Shown: piece by piece, positions 42,395 to 53,915 of the stretch
Layout of the letters: every line of letters begins with the position of its first letter
Position numbering within the stretch: position 1 is the first letter of the stretch
NCBI GenBank assembly: GCA_963749495.1
Contig: CAVVMW010000014.1
Coordinates: 352,001 to 416,000 of the forward strand
Length of the DNA: 64,000 nt
Direction: 5' to 3'
Source: an uncultured bacterium
GTDB lineage: Bacteria; Verrucomicrobiota; Verrucomicrobiia; Limisphaerales; UBA8199
The notes under the pieces: generated by a model
Told to the model about the DNA's origin: nothing
Seen by the model: the letters and a program-made list of their open reading frames with translations, nothing else
Databases searched by the model: none
Position numbers and translations under genes: made by a program

Positions 42395-42845
42395 GTGGAC
42401 ACGAAACCTGCCCGGACGCCAAGCCCATTGGACGACCTGCTCCGGCGGGCCGAGCATTTTGCAGGTTTTGCCATGCGCCAGTTCGGGCGGGTGCCGCCCG
42501 CCGTCATGGCCCAATGCTCCAAGGGCACCCTGTTCTACATGCCGGAGAAGATGGGCGATGAGCGGGCCAAGGACCATTTCGCCAACACCACCGCGCTCAT
42601 CTGCATCGCCCACGATGTCAGCGAAGTGGTCGTGATTCTGGAGGCGTGGATAAAGGTCGCCGCGCCGGGTGAGACCCTCGACCCCACGGAACGGCCCTCC
42701 GAGGCGCTGGACCGCCGGGAGGTCGTGGTTCTGTCCGGCGAGGCGCGGGGGTCCAAACGGCAGAAGTTCCTGCCCATCATCCGCACCGACGCGGGCGGGT
42801 TCTTCGGCTTTGGCGAGTCGGACCTTCCCGAGTTCTTGGAAGCCG
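42395..42845 (+). pseudogene. Hypothetical protein, C-terminally fused to unrelated DNA
   Basis: Coherent ORF (EAW...PSEALDRREVV...PIIR) that loses protein-like character near 42845. Confidence 0.45.
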
Positions 42846-43143
42846 ACCAGGAGTGGTGCCTCACCGGGCAGCAGCCCGTTCACGTGCCCAGCTTTGGTGC
42901 TGTATTCGAGGGTGGTGCGGGGCTTGTTGATGCCACCTTGTCAGCCATCCTTCTCACCGGTGTAGTTTTGGGCTGGCGGTCGACGAGGTTCGTTCTATAC
43001 TCGGCGGCGATGTCGTGGTCTGGCAAGGTTTCCGATGAGGCGATGCGCCCGCCCTGTCAACGTCAGGCCATGAACGCGCGCTCGATTTGCGTCTCCCCGA
43101 CGGCGGAAGGCCAGCGGTTTGGTGGAGACCGCCGCTCTGAAAC

Positions 43144-44154
43144 ATGAAATTCCAGCGCCCTGTCTCACATGCACAAGGGTGGAGCCTGGCGGCAGCCGTA
43201 TGGCTGTGGGCCGGTGAGTGCTGGGCAGGTGATCCGCCAAGTGCGCAGCAGAACTGGTGGCTGGCCAGGAACCTCCGGGTCGTCACGTACGAGTTCCTGG
43301 AGCGGGGCCATCGCCAAAGCGACCTTTCCGTGGATGAAATCCTGGCCTATCTCGACCGCTTCGGGGGCTGCGACCTGGTGCTGCTTAAGGGTTTCCACTA
43401 CTGGCAGGGCAAGTTCGACGACAGTTCCTGGGGGTATCCGCGATTCCGGGGTTTGGCTGAGACCCTGATCCCGAAACTCCACGAGCGCGGCATCCGGGCC
43501 GGCGTGTTCGGCTTTACTGATCGCCGCCGGTCGTACCGGGGTGGAGTTGACCAGACCCTGATCTTGGACGTTTGGAAGGAATACGTCCGCCTGGGCGCGG
43601 ACATCCTGTTCGTGGACGAGGAGAGCGGCAGTGGTGGCCTGGATGTTCCGGCTTCGTGCCTCAGCCATTGCGACGAACTACGGACGGCCTTCAAGCTGCC
43701 CGTAGGTTTGTTCCTCTACGGCTCGGCTTCCCAGGCCGGGCAAGTGCGTGAGTGTGCCTCCCACGTGGATGTGATCGGCGAGATGGGCTACACCCTCTTC
43801 CTGGAGGCGCACGGAGACTACGGACTGGAGGACGTTACGCGCAAATGGTCCGCAGCGGTGGCAACTCTGACGAACCCGCCCGTGGCCTATTGGACTGGTG
43901 CGATGGTGGTGGAGAAAGGAAGCCAAGCTCCCGGCACCCTCTTCTGGCGGGAACGCTTCGGTCAGCGGACGCTGGCCGGCTACTTTGAGCGCTACCTCGG
44001 CCAGGCGCTGGCCTCGGGCGCGGATGGGGTCTTTTTTCACAGCATCTGCCGTCTGTCTGGCTTGCCGCCGAACGCTCAGGAGGAGATCATGGCGCTCGTG
44101 AGGCGGCGGTTCCAGGAGATGAACGTCCGTCCCGGTCGTCGGGCGGTCCGGTGA
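43144..44154 (+). CDS. Secreted hypothetical protein, possible TIM-barrel hydrolase
   Basis: Leader peptide; LHERGIRAG, GADILFVDEE, VDVIGEMGY, GADGVFF. Confidence 0.65.
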   Translation: MKFQRPVSHAQGWSLAAAVWLWAGECWAGDPPSAQQNWWLARNLRVVTYEFLERGHRQSDLSVDEILAYLDRFGGCDLVLLKGFHYWQGKFDDSSWGYPRFRGLAETLIPKLHERGIRAGVFGFTDRRRSYRGGVDQTLILDVWKEYVRLGADILFVDEESGSGGLDVPASCLSHCDELRTAFKLPVGLFLYGSASQAGQVRECASHVDVIGEMGYTLFLEAHGDYGLEDVTRKWSAAVATLTNPPVAYWTGAMVVEKGSQAPGTLFWRERFGQRTLAGYFERYLGQALASGADGVFFHSICRLSGLPPNAQEEIMALVRRRFQEMNVRPGRRAVR

Positions 44155-44411
44155 CCGTCTTTTGGGAGCCCACCGGAGAGCTTGGCTTCGATTGAAAAGA
44201 CAATCGTGCGGTCGCTGTCGCGCAAGCTGTGGCGTTTCCGTTGGAGTTCGTACCGGGCCTGCGTTGGCCTGCCCAGACGGCCCGATTGACGGACGTGCCG
44301 GGCGGTGCTTGGGGCTGGGAGGAGGCAGCCCGGAAGAGCAGAAAGCAATCTCACATCCGTTATTCTGAATAACCGACTGCTGGTGCGGTCTAATAGACTG
44401 ATTGTAGTTTT

Positions 44412-45194
44412 ATGAAATCGAGAAATGTGAGTTGGGTGGGATTGGTGGCATTCCTGGCCGTCCCGGTGTTCGCGGCGGATTCCCCGGCCCCGGCGGTGTC
44501 CGGGGCCACTCTCGGGCCGGTGGCACAAGTGCAGAGTGTGCCGGCGCCAACCCCACCTGCTCTTTCCCCGAAAGCCGCTGAGGTGGTCAAACTGGCCCGT
44601 GCGGGCGTGGGTGATGAAGTCATCCTGGCCTACGTCAAGAACTGCCAGTCTCCGTTCAATCTCTCGGCCAACGCGATTCTGCGTCTCAAGGAAGCTGGAG
44701 TCGCCTCGCCGGTCATCGTGGCGATGTTGACGCACGACAGTTCGCTGCGGAATGAGAACCAGCCAGCGCCGTATGCCTCCAGCCAGAACTTTGCGCCCGC
44801 CGAACAACCTCCAGGTGGGCCGGGCTTGGTGCCAGCGGACCAGGCACCGCCACCGGCACCCGCGGAGGTGATTACGGCGGCCCCAGGCCCGGATTACTAT
44901 TGGACACCGGGTTACTGGGGTTGGGATGGCGGTTGGATTTGGATCGGCGGCGGCTGGGGCCTCCGGGGCGGCTATGGATGGGGCGGTTATGGATGGGGTG
45001 GCCGTTATGGCGGGGGATGGTATGGCCACGGGGGCTGGGGCGGCTACCACGGCATCGGGGGAGGGTATCGCGGCGGCGGCGGCTGGGGTGGCGGATACCA
45101 CGGCGGCGGTGGGGGCGGCGGCCACGGTGGCGGAGGCGGCGGACATGGCGGGGGTGGGGGCGGCGGGCATGGCGGGGGCGGCCACGGGCGGTAG
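44412..45194 (+). CDS. Exported protein with YxWxPGYW motif and Gly-rich tail
   Basis: Signal peptide; EVVKL..AGV.DEVILAY; PGPDYYWTPGYWGW; GGH repeats. Confidence 0.8.
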   Translation: MKSRNVSWVGLVAFLAVPVFAADSPAPAVSGATLGPVAQVQSVPAPTPPALSPKAAEVVKLARAGVGDEVILAYVKNCQSPFNLSANAILRLKEAGVASPVIVAMLTHDSSLRNENQPAPYASSQNFAPAEQPPGGPGLVPADQAPPPAPAEVITAAPGPDYYWTPGYWGWDGGWIWIGGGWGLRGGYGWGGYGWGGRYGGGWYGHGGWGGYHGIGGGYRGGGGWGGGYHGGGGGGGHGGGGGGHGGGGGGGHGGGGHGR

Positions 45195-45465
45195 CCTCTA
45201 GGACGCTAAGGATTAGACGCAGGCCCGAACGCGGGATTTTGGTGGTTGGCAAAGCGTGACCCTCTCGGAAAGCCCGACGCTGCTGGAAACATTCAACCAA
45301 AGGGGTGTCGCACTGTGCTTGCCACGGCAGGGCCTTTGATGTGATCGCGCACTGCACTTGACCGTCCTCCTGGTCCTGGGGAAACGCCGCAGGAGTATCA
45401 AACCCTGGTAGTGAAAAAAATCATAAAGGGCTCGACTCGGAGGGGAAACAGTCTAGCCTTGCTTC

Positions 45466-47307
45466 GTGAGTGTTCTTCGAGCTTGGTTTCTCTTGAGCCT
45501 CCTGGCGGCTGGGTTGAACGCCGCCGAGGAAAGGCCGTTCATGAGCTTTTTCAATCCCCCAGCCCGGCCCCTGCCGCTGGAGGAGCACCGCAGCTACGAC
45601 AGCGCCGCGATGCAAACCAAAGTGGGCTACAACATCTACTTGCCTCCCGGCTACGGCGATACGGGCAACACCAATCGTTACCCGGTCATTTACTGGTTGC
45701 ATGGCCGGGGCTGCTCGGAGAGCAATGACCAGTTTCCGGTCTCGACGGTCGACGCGGGGATTCGCTCGAAGGTCATTCCGTCGCTCATTTTCGTCTATGC
45801 CAGTGGCGGCGGGATGAGTTTCTACAGCGATTCCTTCGACGGCCAGTGGATGGCCGAGACGACCCTCATCAAGGAACTCATTCCCCACATCGACACTACC
45901 TACCGGACCGTTGCCAACCGCAACGGTCGTGCGATCCAAGGGATGAGCATGGGTGGGTTTGGCGCTTTGAAGCTGGCGCTCAAATACCCGGATCTTTTCA
46001 GCAGCGCGGTGGCGTTTGCCGGTGGCTATCGCTCTGTCGAGGGCATCCAGGCCGATGAGATCAGCCGCGAGATTTTCAAGCGGGTATTCGGAGGTGACGC
46101 TCAGCGATTCCTGGCCAATCACCCGGCCACAATCGCCCAGGCTAACGCGCAGAAAGTGAGGAATCGGGTGGCGATTAAGATGCTGGTGGGCTTGGAGGAC
46201 TCGCTCCTGGAGAACAACCGGTCGATGCACGCCACGCTGACCGAACTGAACCTGGCTCACGAGTATTGGGAGATCCCCGGCATAAGGCACGACCTGCCGC
46301 GTTTGAGCGCCTGGCTTGGGTCGGATGGGCTCCAATTTGCCGTGCGTCATTTTGCCGCGAGCGGCACGAAAGCTGCGCCAACTCCGGCACGGACTGCGCA
46401 AGCCGAGGAATTTGCCTTCGAGAGAGAAACCGTCGTTTACAAGGAAGTCGGCCTACTGGCAATCAAAGCGGATGTGTACCATTATTCCGACAAAAAGGCG
46501 CGGCCCGTGGTAGTCTCCCTCCACGGTGGCGCACTGATCATGGGACATCGCGAGAACCTCACCAGCGGGGTGAGCGCCTTCGCGCTCACCAATGGCTATG
46601 TGTTAGTGTCCTTCGATTACCGCCTCGCGCCCGAGACCCATCTCCCGGCGATTATCGAGGACATCCAGGATGCCTTCCGATGGTTGCGCAGCCAAGGGCC
46701 GACGCGCTTTCACATCGACCCCGACCGCGTTGCAGTAACGGGTGGTTCAGCGGGCGGCTATCTCACTTTGGTCACCGGTTACCGAATCCAACCGCCTCCG
46801 CGCGTGCTCCTGGCTTTTTTTGGGTACGGAGATCTGATCGGCGACTGGTATTCGGCCCCCAGCCCGCACCCTCGCCACAATCGGAGGAAGATCACCCCGG
46901 AAGAAGCGTGGCGACAGGTCAGCGGCCCGGCAGTGGCCGATGCCCGAGACCGAAAGGGCGACGGCGGGATCTTCTATAATTTCTGCCGGCAGACCGGCCA
47001 ATGGCCCAAGGCGATCTCCGGTTGGGACCCTCGCAGCGAATCGGAGAGGTTCTTTCCTTTCATGCCGCTGAAAAATGTCACGCCGGTGTATCCCCCCACG
47101 GTGCTGATTCACGGCACAGCGGACACGGACGTGCCTTTCCAACAATCTCAGCTCATGGCGCAGGAATTTCAACGGCACGGTGTCGCGTTTCAGTTTCACC
47201 CGATTGCCAAGGCCGAGCACGGCCTGACCGGGGGCGACCGCGCAGAGATCGAAGAAGCTGAACGGAAAGCGTTCGAGTTCGTGAAAGTTCGTCTGGAGCG
47301 CCCCTAA
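45466..47307 (+). CDS. Secreted tandem alpha/beta-hydrolase (two esterase domains)
   Basis: YPVIYWLHG..GMSMGG in domain 1; HGG..DYRLAPE..GGSAGG..HGTAD..EHG in domain 2. Confidence 0.9.
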   Translation: MSVLRAWFLLSLLAAGLNAAEERPFMSFFNPPARPLPLEEHRSYDSAAMQTKVGYNIYLPPGYGDTGNTNRYPVIYWLHGRGCSESNDQFPVSTVDAGIRSKVIPSLIFVYASGGGMSFYSDSFDGQWMAETTLIKELIPHIDTTYRTVANRNGRAIQGMSMGGFGALKLALKYPDLFSSAVAFAGGYRSVEGIQADEISREIFKRVFGGDAQRFLANHPATIAQANAQKVRNRVAIKMLVGLEDSLLENNRSMHATLTELNLAHEYWEIPGIRHDLPRLSAWLGSDGLQFAVRHFAASGTKAAPTPARTAQAEEFAFERETVVYKEVGLLAIKADVYHYSDKKARPVVVSLHGGALIMGHRENLTSGVSAFALTNGYVLVSFDYRLAPETHLPAIIEDIQDAFRWLRSQGPTRFHIDPDRVAVTGGSAGGYLTLVTGYRIQPPPRVLLAFFGYGDLIGDWYSAPSPHPRHNRRKITPEEAWRQVSGPAVADARDRKGDGGIFYNFCRQTGQWPKAISGWDPRSESERFFPFMPLKNVTPVYPPTVLIHGTADTDVPFQQSQLMAQEFQRHGVAFQFHPIAKAEHGLTGGDRAEIEEAERKAFEFVKVRLERP

Positions 47308-47357
47308 AAACGCTCCGCCAGGAAATCGAGGCCGAGGCCGCGCAGCCGCGCCATCCC

Positions 47358-48401
47358 CTATGGCTCAGCCTGCCCATCGGCCTGTCGTGGGTGCTGGATG
47401 GGCGTGCCCCAACTCATGATCTCATCGTCGCGCTTTTGCATGGGCTTGAGGTTGTGATACCACCCGCCCTCGGACAAGCCGTCCGGGAAATCGTGAATCA
47501 GCATCCCAGGCTGATTGATCTCCAGTTGCTTGGGGATCGTGGCGTCGGGCCGGGCGATGAACGACCCCCAATGGGAATAGGGCTGGGATGAGTTGTTGCA
47601 GACGGCCCACATGCGGTTGTCAGCGCAGCGAGTTGGCACTTGGTGGACGTTGAGCGTGTCCAGGCAGTCCTTGCCCTTGGACCTGGCGTTGTGGAACGAG
47701 TGGATCATCACCGTCACGCCCAACTCCCGGTAGCCAATGTAAAGCTGCGGCCAGCAGATGTCGTAGCAAATGGCCAGGCCGACCCGGACGCCCCGGATGT
47801 CGCGCGTGACGAGGCGGTCGCCCACCGAGTAGTGCTTCTGGTCGCCTCCGGTGCAGAAGCATTTGTCGTAGCGGTCGGCGATCTTCCCTGCCGGGTCGAT
47901 GAGGTAGAGGCAGTTGGTCGGCTTGGCCGATCCATCCAGAAAATGCGCCGAGCCAAGGACCAGCCACAGGCTCAAGTCCTTGGCCAACTCCCGCAATCCG
48001 GTCGTTTCCTTGCGTAACGCGTCCCAGTCGTATTTCTCGACCGATGGGAAGTCGATTCCGGCGTAGCCCGACAGGCAGGCTTCCGACGTGTGCAGAAGGT
48101 GTGCGCCCGCCTCTGCGGCCTGGCGCATGAAATCCCCTATGTATTTCGAGTTCTGGGCAGGATTTCCGCTCACGGGAAGTTGGCATGTGGCAAACCTGAG
48201 TTTTTCTGCGGGGTTCGGGTCGTGGCTTGGCGGACTCGGCGGGGCTGGCTGCGGGGGCGCTTGGGCCGCGTTCGATACACCGCTGCAAGGAATTTGGGAC
48301 AGCGCCGCGAGGCCCGCCACGCCGGCCAGAGCCTTGCCCGCCGCCCTCATGGCCTCCCGCCTCGTAACTCGCGCAAGTTTATCGGTTGAAGCTGATCTCA
48401 T
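47358..48401 (-). CDS. Carbon-nitrogen hydrolase (nitrilase) family protein, Tat-like leader
   Basis: TRREAM leader; SEACLSGY (Glu), RYDK (Lys), ICYD (Cys). Confidence 0.88.
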   Translation of the reverse strand: MRSASTDKLARVTRREAMRAAGKALAGVAGLAALSQIPCSGVSNAAQAPPQPAPPSPPSHDPNPAEKLRFATCQLPVSGNPAQNSKYIGDFMRQAAEAGAHLLHTSEACLSGYAGIDFPSVEKYDWDALRKETTGLRELAKDLSLWLVLGSAHFLDGSAKPTNCLYLIDPAGKIADRYDKCFCTGGDQKHYSVGDRLVTRDIRGVRVGLAICYDICWPQLYIGYRELGVTVMIHSFHNARSKGKDCLDTLNVHQVPTRCADNRMWAVCNNSSQPYSHWGSFIARPDATIPKQLEINQPGMLIHDFPDGLSEGGWYHNLKPMQKRDDEIMSWGTPIQHPRQADGQAEP

Positions 48402-48499
48402 GGATGTCCGAATATCATGTTCTGCGCGGAGATAAAAGCACTCCTTGAGAAAAACCGACCACCGCCGAGTCGCCTGCCTCAGTCGCCGCCTCCCTTGCC

Positions 48500-49050
48500 A
48501 TCCTGCGCATCACGGAGAGGATGGGGTCCAGGCCGAACTTGGCCGGGACGCGCTTCTCCACCATGTCCCGCAGCGTGGCGGCAAACTTCTCCGGCTCCGC
48601 CCGGTCCACGAAATAGAAGTCGGATTCCGCCGCCTGGGCGGGCACGTCCGGCATCAGCCCCTCGTTGATGCGGTGGGCGGTGGTGATAATCCTGCTATGC
48701 GCGGCTTGGCGGAACACTTCGGTCAGGCGCACCACCGGCACCACGCCGCTGTCGATGATGTTCCTGAGCACCATGCCCGGCCCGACCGAGGGCAGTTGGT
48801 CCACGTCGCGGACCAGGAGCAGACTGGCGTTTGGCGGCAGGGCGCGGAGCAGGTTGTTCATGAGGAGCACATCCACCATCAATGTCTCGTCCACTACAAG
48901 GAGGTCGCATTCCAGCGGGCGGGCCTCGTTCCGCGTGAACCCTCCCGAGGCCGGATTTACTTCCAGGAGCCGGTGGATGGTCTTGGCCTCGACGCCGGTC
49001 GTCTCCGACAGGCGCTTGGCGGCGCGGCCTGTGGGTGCGCAGAGCAGGCA
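48500..49050 (-). pseudogene. Internal fragment of a RecD2-like helicase
   Basis: [44 protein letters not shown]. Confidence 0.92.
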
Positions 49051-49641
49051 CCGCCATTCCCGATGGGCCTGCGCAGGTGGACCACGCAGATGTCCATCGA
49101 GGTCACCGCGTTGGTCAGCCGCACGACCAGGTGCTTGGACAACTCACGCTCCAGGTTGCCGCAAACCGCGCTGGCCTAAAAGCCTAAAAAACCGAGAAAA
49201 GACTTTTCTCGACAATTCCTTCGCTTTCTGATTAGCATTGAAGGTTCCCGTGAAGAGAACAGCAAGCAACCGTTAGGGTTTGCAGGTGCCGTGGCCGTCT
49301 TGTGGGCAGCCAGTTATTTATGAAATTAGCGGTGGCGATGGCGGGACCGGCTCCAAGCGAGCATGAGTGGACTGCTCACCACGGCAAACTGCATACCGAA
49401 ATCCGGCGTTTGTCTCCCATCTTCTTCAAACCCACGCATCCTTTCTTTCTTCCGCAAACGAGGAATCCCAAAGCAACTGGGCGAGCGTTCAGGGCCAAAT
49501 GGGTGCGCTCCCCGGCCAGAAGCGCCTTTCAACGTGAGCGCGAGCAGCAACCAATTCTTCCTCATCCGCGCAGCCTCAACGAGGAGGCGGCGCGTCGAAG
49601 ATCAAATTCCGTCAGCTAACGGCTCCGCTAGATCAAGAGCT

Positions 49642-51060
49642 ATGAAAACACAAACCCCCATTCCGAGAACCACTTGTCCGAAGACGATGGCCGGGCGCTT
49701 TACAACCGCCTGCGCCACGAGGCTGCTGCCGCTGCTTTTGCTGTTGATGCTGCCAGCGGCGGTGCAAGCCCAATCCTACACGAACACCTACGGCATCTGG
49801 GGCTACACGACGACAAACGGAACGATCACCATTACGGGATACACCGGTCCAGGCGGTGATGTGACCATTCCAGACAGGATTCCAGACACGACCAACGGCC
49901 TGCCAGTGACCAGCATCGGGGCCAATGCGTTCTCGGACTGCACCAGCCTGGCAAACGTCACGATCCCGAACAGCGTCACCAGCATCGGAGCGCAGGCGTT
50001 CTACTACTGCACCAGCCTGACCAGCGTTACGATCCCGAACAGCGTCACCAACATCGGGGGCGGCGCGTTCTTCGTCTGCTCCAGCCTGACCAGCGTGACG
50101 ATCCCCAACAGCGTCACCAGCATCGGAATTCACACGTTCGCTCAGTGCACCAGCCTGACCAGCGTTAAGATCCCCAACAGCGTCACCAGCATCGAGGGCG
50201 GGGCGTTCGCAATTTGCACTAGCCTCACCAGCGTCACGATCCCCAACAGCGTCACTTATATCGGGGACTCGGGTCTAGTTTGGTCGGGGGCGTTCTTTGC
50301 TTGCACCAGCCTGACCAGCGTCACTATCGGCAACGGCGTCACCTACATCGGGGCCAATGCGTTTCATGGCTGCACCGGCTTGACCAGCGTCACGATCCCC
50401 AACAACGTCACCCACATCGGAGGGCTGGCGTTCTATGGGTGCGACAGCCTGACAGCGATAACAGTGGATGCACCCAACCCCGCTTATTGCAGTGTGGATG
50501 GGGTCTTGTTCGACAAGAGCCAGACCACGCTCATCGAATATCCGGGGGGCAAAGCCGGAGCCTACACAATTCCCAACAGCGTCACCAACATCGAGGGCGC
50601 TGCGTTCGAATCCTGCGCCAACCTGACCAGCGTCACAATTTGCAGCAGCGTCACCAGCATCGGGGACAATGCCTTCGAGTCGTGCTTCAGCCTGGCAGGA
50701 GTCTATTTTCAGGGCAACGTCCCCAGTCTTGGTTTTGAAGTGTTTTTCGACAGCTACGCGACCGTCTATTACCTGCCTGGGACCACGGGTTGGAATCCCA
50801 CGTTTGGTGGTCTTCCGACCGTGCTGTGGAACCCCCAAGTGCAAACCACCGATGGCGGCTTCGGCGTTCGGACCAATCAATTCGGGTTCAACATCAACTG
50901 GGCCAGCGGCATGACGGTCGTGGTGGAAGCCAACACCAACCTCGCAGACCCGACCTGGACGCCGGTAGCCACGAACACCCCCACGAGCGGCTCGGCCTAC
51001 TTCAACGACCCGCAGTGGACGAATTATCCGGGCCGGTTCTATCGGCTACGATGGCCGTGA
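49642..51060 (+). CDS. BspA-type leucine-rich repeat surface protein with FYRLRWP C-terminal domain
   Basis: Signal peptide; about 10 copies of C.SLTSVTIPNSVTSIG..AF; C-terminal FGFNI.WASG..VVVEA.TNL..YPGRFYRL. Confidence 0.93.
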   Translation: MKTQTPIPRTTCPKTMAGRFTTACATRLLPLLLLLMLPAAVQAQSYTNTYGIWGYTTTNGTITITGYTGPGGDVTIPDRIPDTTNGLPVTSIGANAFSDCTSLANVTIPNSVTSIGAQAFYYCTSLTSVTIPNSVTNIGGGAFFVCSSLTSVTIPNSVTSIGIHTFAQCTSLTSVKIPNSVTSIEGGAFAICTSLTSVTIPNSVTYIGDSGLVWSGAFFACTSLTSVTIGNGVTYIGANAFHGCTGLTSVTIPNNVTHIGGLAFYGCDSLTAITVDAPNPAYCSVDGVLFDKSQTTLIEYPGGKAGAYTIPNSVTNIEGAAFESCANLTSVTICSSVTSIGDNAFESCFSLAGVYFQGNVPSLGFEVFFDSYATVYYLPGTTGWNPTFGGLPTVLWNPQVQTTDGGFGVRTNQFGFNINWASGMTVVVEANTNLADPTWTPVATNTPTSGSAYFNDPQWTNYPGRFYRLRWP

Positions 51061-51082
51061 GGCGCGGCCAGGCATCAACCAG

Positions 51083-51345
51083 TTAGATCATGGCGGCGAT
51101 CGTGGCGATCGCATTGCCCTCCAGCCGGTTGTTGACGAAGACGAACGTCCGGCGCTTCGGCCCTGCCGCTTGGCCGTCCGCGATCAACGCCCTGCCTGCC
51201 GCCCGCGCCTCTGGGTTCTCCTCCTTGATGCTGTCGTAGGGTTCAAACGCCTTTACCGCCTGCTCGTATTTCCGCCCCGGCTTGAGCAGGAACCGGGCGG
51301 CAACCAGGTCGGGGTTGGTCCGGCTGCGCGGCAGCGCCATCTGTT
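51083..51345 (-). pseudogene. C-terminal fragment of a DUF72 protein
   Basis: ARFLLKPGRKYEQAVKAFEPY..FVFVNNRLEGNA; paralogous to 62265-62520. Confidence 0.9.
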
Positions 51346-51407
51346 TATCGCCATTGAATTTCCGGCTCCAGACGCTGTTCTAAGGGAGCATGAGCCTAGC
51401 GAGACCA

Positions 51408-51635
51408 AAACGGGTGCGCGATGTCACCTTCGGCGAAGATGCTTGCACCGCGCGCACCGGCCACGCCCCGCAAAACCTGGCTGCCTTGCGCAATGTGGTC
51501 ATCGGGCTGTGCGCCCTGGATGCCGCCCGCCAGCGCAAAGCCACCTCCTATCTGCCACGCTTTCGCAGTGCTGCCAGGAACAATCGCCGCTTGGCCATCG
51601 ACCCGGTCAGTCGTCCTCTCCTCAATAACATCTGA
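51408..51635 (+). pseudogene. C-terminal fragment of an ISAs1-family transposase
   Basis: VRDVTFGED....RTGHAPQNLAALRN..IGL. Confidence 0.85.
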
Positions 51636-52624
51636 GGGGCGCTCCCCTGAGTCCGACATCGGTTCGGCTGCGATCGGTCTGGCCTTTCTGCATGCCGGAC
51701 TTTCCTATGGTTTTCCACATTATTGCCAGGCTCTGAGCACATTCTACCCACAACAGCCTGCCAACTCACACTCTGTGAGCCGCTTTGGCGGGTAATTCGT
51801 GGCCTGCGTTCACGCCCCCATTCCACCCGGCGAGGGCCGTTCTAAACGCCGAAGCCGTGACGGAAAAGCGGCGGCAGGTTCTTTCGACTGATGCTGCGCG
51901 AGGTACGGCCGGAGCACGTTGCGGAGATGCTCCACATGCTTTGGCTCTTCGGTCACGGCGACAAAGAGTTGATGCTTCCCAGGGAGGGCCGATGGCTGAT
52001 GAAGATGCCCTGCGGTTACGTGCTGGCCGGCGAGGGCCGGGCTGGCGTCAGGATTGAGCCGCCGCCAGGCCAGGGGGGCCCGCGAACAGACAACCCTTAT
52101 GCCGGCGATCACTTCGAGGATAGGCTCTCCGCCAGGACCCGCGCGGCCCCGGGCGAGCGCAGTTGCAGCTTGACCACAATCTCCTCCGCCTCCTCGAACC
52201 GTTTGCTCCGGCCCATGAAGTCGAGCAACCGATTGCTCACCGGAGCAGCGCCCGGCACTGGCCCCGCTGCCTCTCGATGCCGCCATTGCCGATGGGCGTG
52301 CCGAGGTGGACGACGCGGACACCCTGGGTGGCGACCGGCGTCGGGCAGCCGGACGGCCAAGTGCTCGGAGTGCTCGCGCTCCATGTCGGCAACCCGCGGT
52401 GGCCTGCCGCCCAGGCCCCAACCCCCGGAGGCGTCCAGGATGCCCCCCCGACGCTCTGGCCGGTCTCTTGGTCGCTGCCGCGCCCCAAAAGCGCCTCCCA
52501 TGGCCTCCGGCAGAGTGCGCTGGCCGCTCTGGCGAGGGCTGCCAGGTCTTCGCGCCAGCGATTTCCTGGAAGCCCACGAACAGCGCCCGGCTGAGCCTGC
52601 CTGGCCTTGTAGTCCTCGCCCACT

Positions 52625-53018
52625 GGTCGCCGGAGAACTGCACCGGGCAGGCAACGAAGTCGCCATCCGGGGCGCACCAGTGTTTGTAGCCGAACGGGTA
52701 GTCCCGGACGTAATTCATGCCACAGAAAACGAGACCGTCCTCGCGGTGAACCCTGCTGCCCAAGTTCACGCAGAGGCCCTTCGCCGCCAGGTCGTCGAGG
52801 AGGGGTTCCAGTGGATGGAAGTCGTCGTTCCCGAAGAAAATCAGGATGGTGGTTTTCCCGGAACCTCGCATCGCAGCCAGATAATCGGCCAGCACCCGGA
52901 AGAACCTGCGCTGGCCAGTGAACCCGCCGTCCTTGGGCGACAGATCACCGGTGACCAGGACAAAGCGGGGCTTGTCCCGCTCGACTACACGCACCAGGTC
53001 GCGCCACTTTCCGATGCT
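52625..53018 (-). pseudogene. Metallophosphoesterase fragment
   Basis: VLVTGDL.P, FGNDD, GMNYV.DYPF..K.W. Confidence 0.7.
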
Positions 53019-53019
53019 C

Positions 53020-53105
53020 TGAAGGCCGTGGCCTGGTGCCAGGCCAAAACCGGAAAGGAACTTGCGCCCAGCCAGCAGGCCGCGCTCCGGCAGGCGCTGA
53101 CCAAC
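53020..53105 (+). pseudogene. Short RecD2-like fragment (segment just before Walker A)
   Basis: KAVAWCQAKTGKELAPSQQAALRQAL. Confidence 0.65.
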
Positions 53106-53298
53106 CTGGCTCAACTCAAAACCGTGTTCTGATGCCGGGTCAGCCAGCGTCTGCCTCAAAGTCCAACCAATCTCCCGGCGATGGAGGCGCTACTACGCGA
53201 GTTTGCGGCCAACGTCCAGGCGCCTTATCCCGAGACGCGTTTCGTGACGGGCAACGCTACATCGCAGGGCATCGTCCGGCCCTTCGGTTTTTCGCCAG

Positions 53299-53601
53299 CT
53301 AAGCCGATGCGGGGATTTTGCCAAGGATCGCCTCCATCTCGGACGCAGCGAAGGCCCGGAGCGTTTTAGGCCGAACGTAACCATGCGAGGCCAAAGAAAG
53401 CATCGCTGCGGCGGCGGTTTCATCGTCCGGTGCCTCACAAATGATCACCGTGTCATAATCACCTAACGTCCAGAATATGTTCCTGACCGTAACCCCAAGT
53501 TTTTTCGCCGCAGCCTTAAAGGAGGCGGCTCGGGCAGGCGACTCGCGGACGTTTTTCACTCCCTGTTCAGTGAAGTGGGTAAGAGTAATATAGCTCGGCA
53601 T
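53299..53601 (-). CDS. GYD domain protein
   Basis: Y.TL..FTEQGVKN, FWTLGDYD, EAPDDE, TLRAF. Confidence 0.9.
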   Translation of the reverse strand: MPSYITLTHFTEQGVKNVRESPARAASFKAAAKKLGVTVRNIFWTLGDYDTVIICEAPDDETAAAAMLSLASHGYVRPKTLRAFAASEMEAILGKIPASA

Positions 53602-53699
53602 AATGAATCTCATTAACTGGTTTGGTCACACTTTGCCCCAGAGTTCGTTCTAAGCTGAGGCGCTACCCTTCAAATTATGCTTGTCACAAACCAGCGTCA

Positions 53700-53915
53700 A
53701 GAACCATATATGTCCTGATTCGACCACCACCCCGGAAGACACGTCCGCACCCACCGCCCAGCCTTGAGTCATGATCTTGATCCGGTGGGTGATGCGCCCT
53801 GGGCCGCAGCCGACATCCCACACGTCGTCCTTTGCGCTGATATTCGTCAATGCCAGCAATCTCTCGGCAGGAGCTTGCTGCACCAGCGCCTTCTGCTGGT
53901 ATTGCCCGGAAGCCT
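53700..53915 (-). pseudogene. Class I SAM methyltransferase fragment
   Basis: DVWDVGCGPG.IT...VGADVS. Confidence 0.6.

Noticed and set aside
49900..50700. 69-bp periodic repeats as a CRISPR or non-coding array
   Set aside because: They are the 23-aa LRR units of the BspA-like coding sequence.
51810..53159. 413-aa and 449-aa ORFs as real genes
   Set aside because: Chance read-through across several unrelated fragments on both strands.
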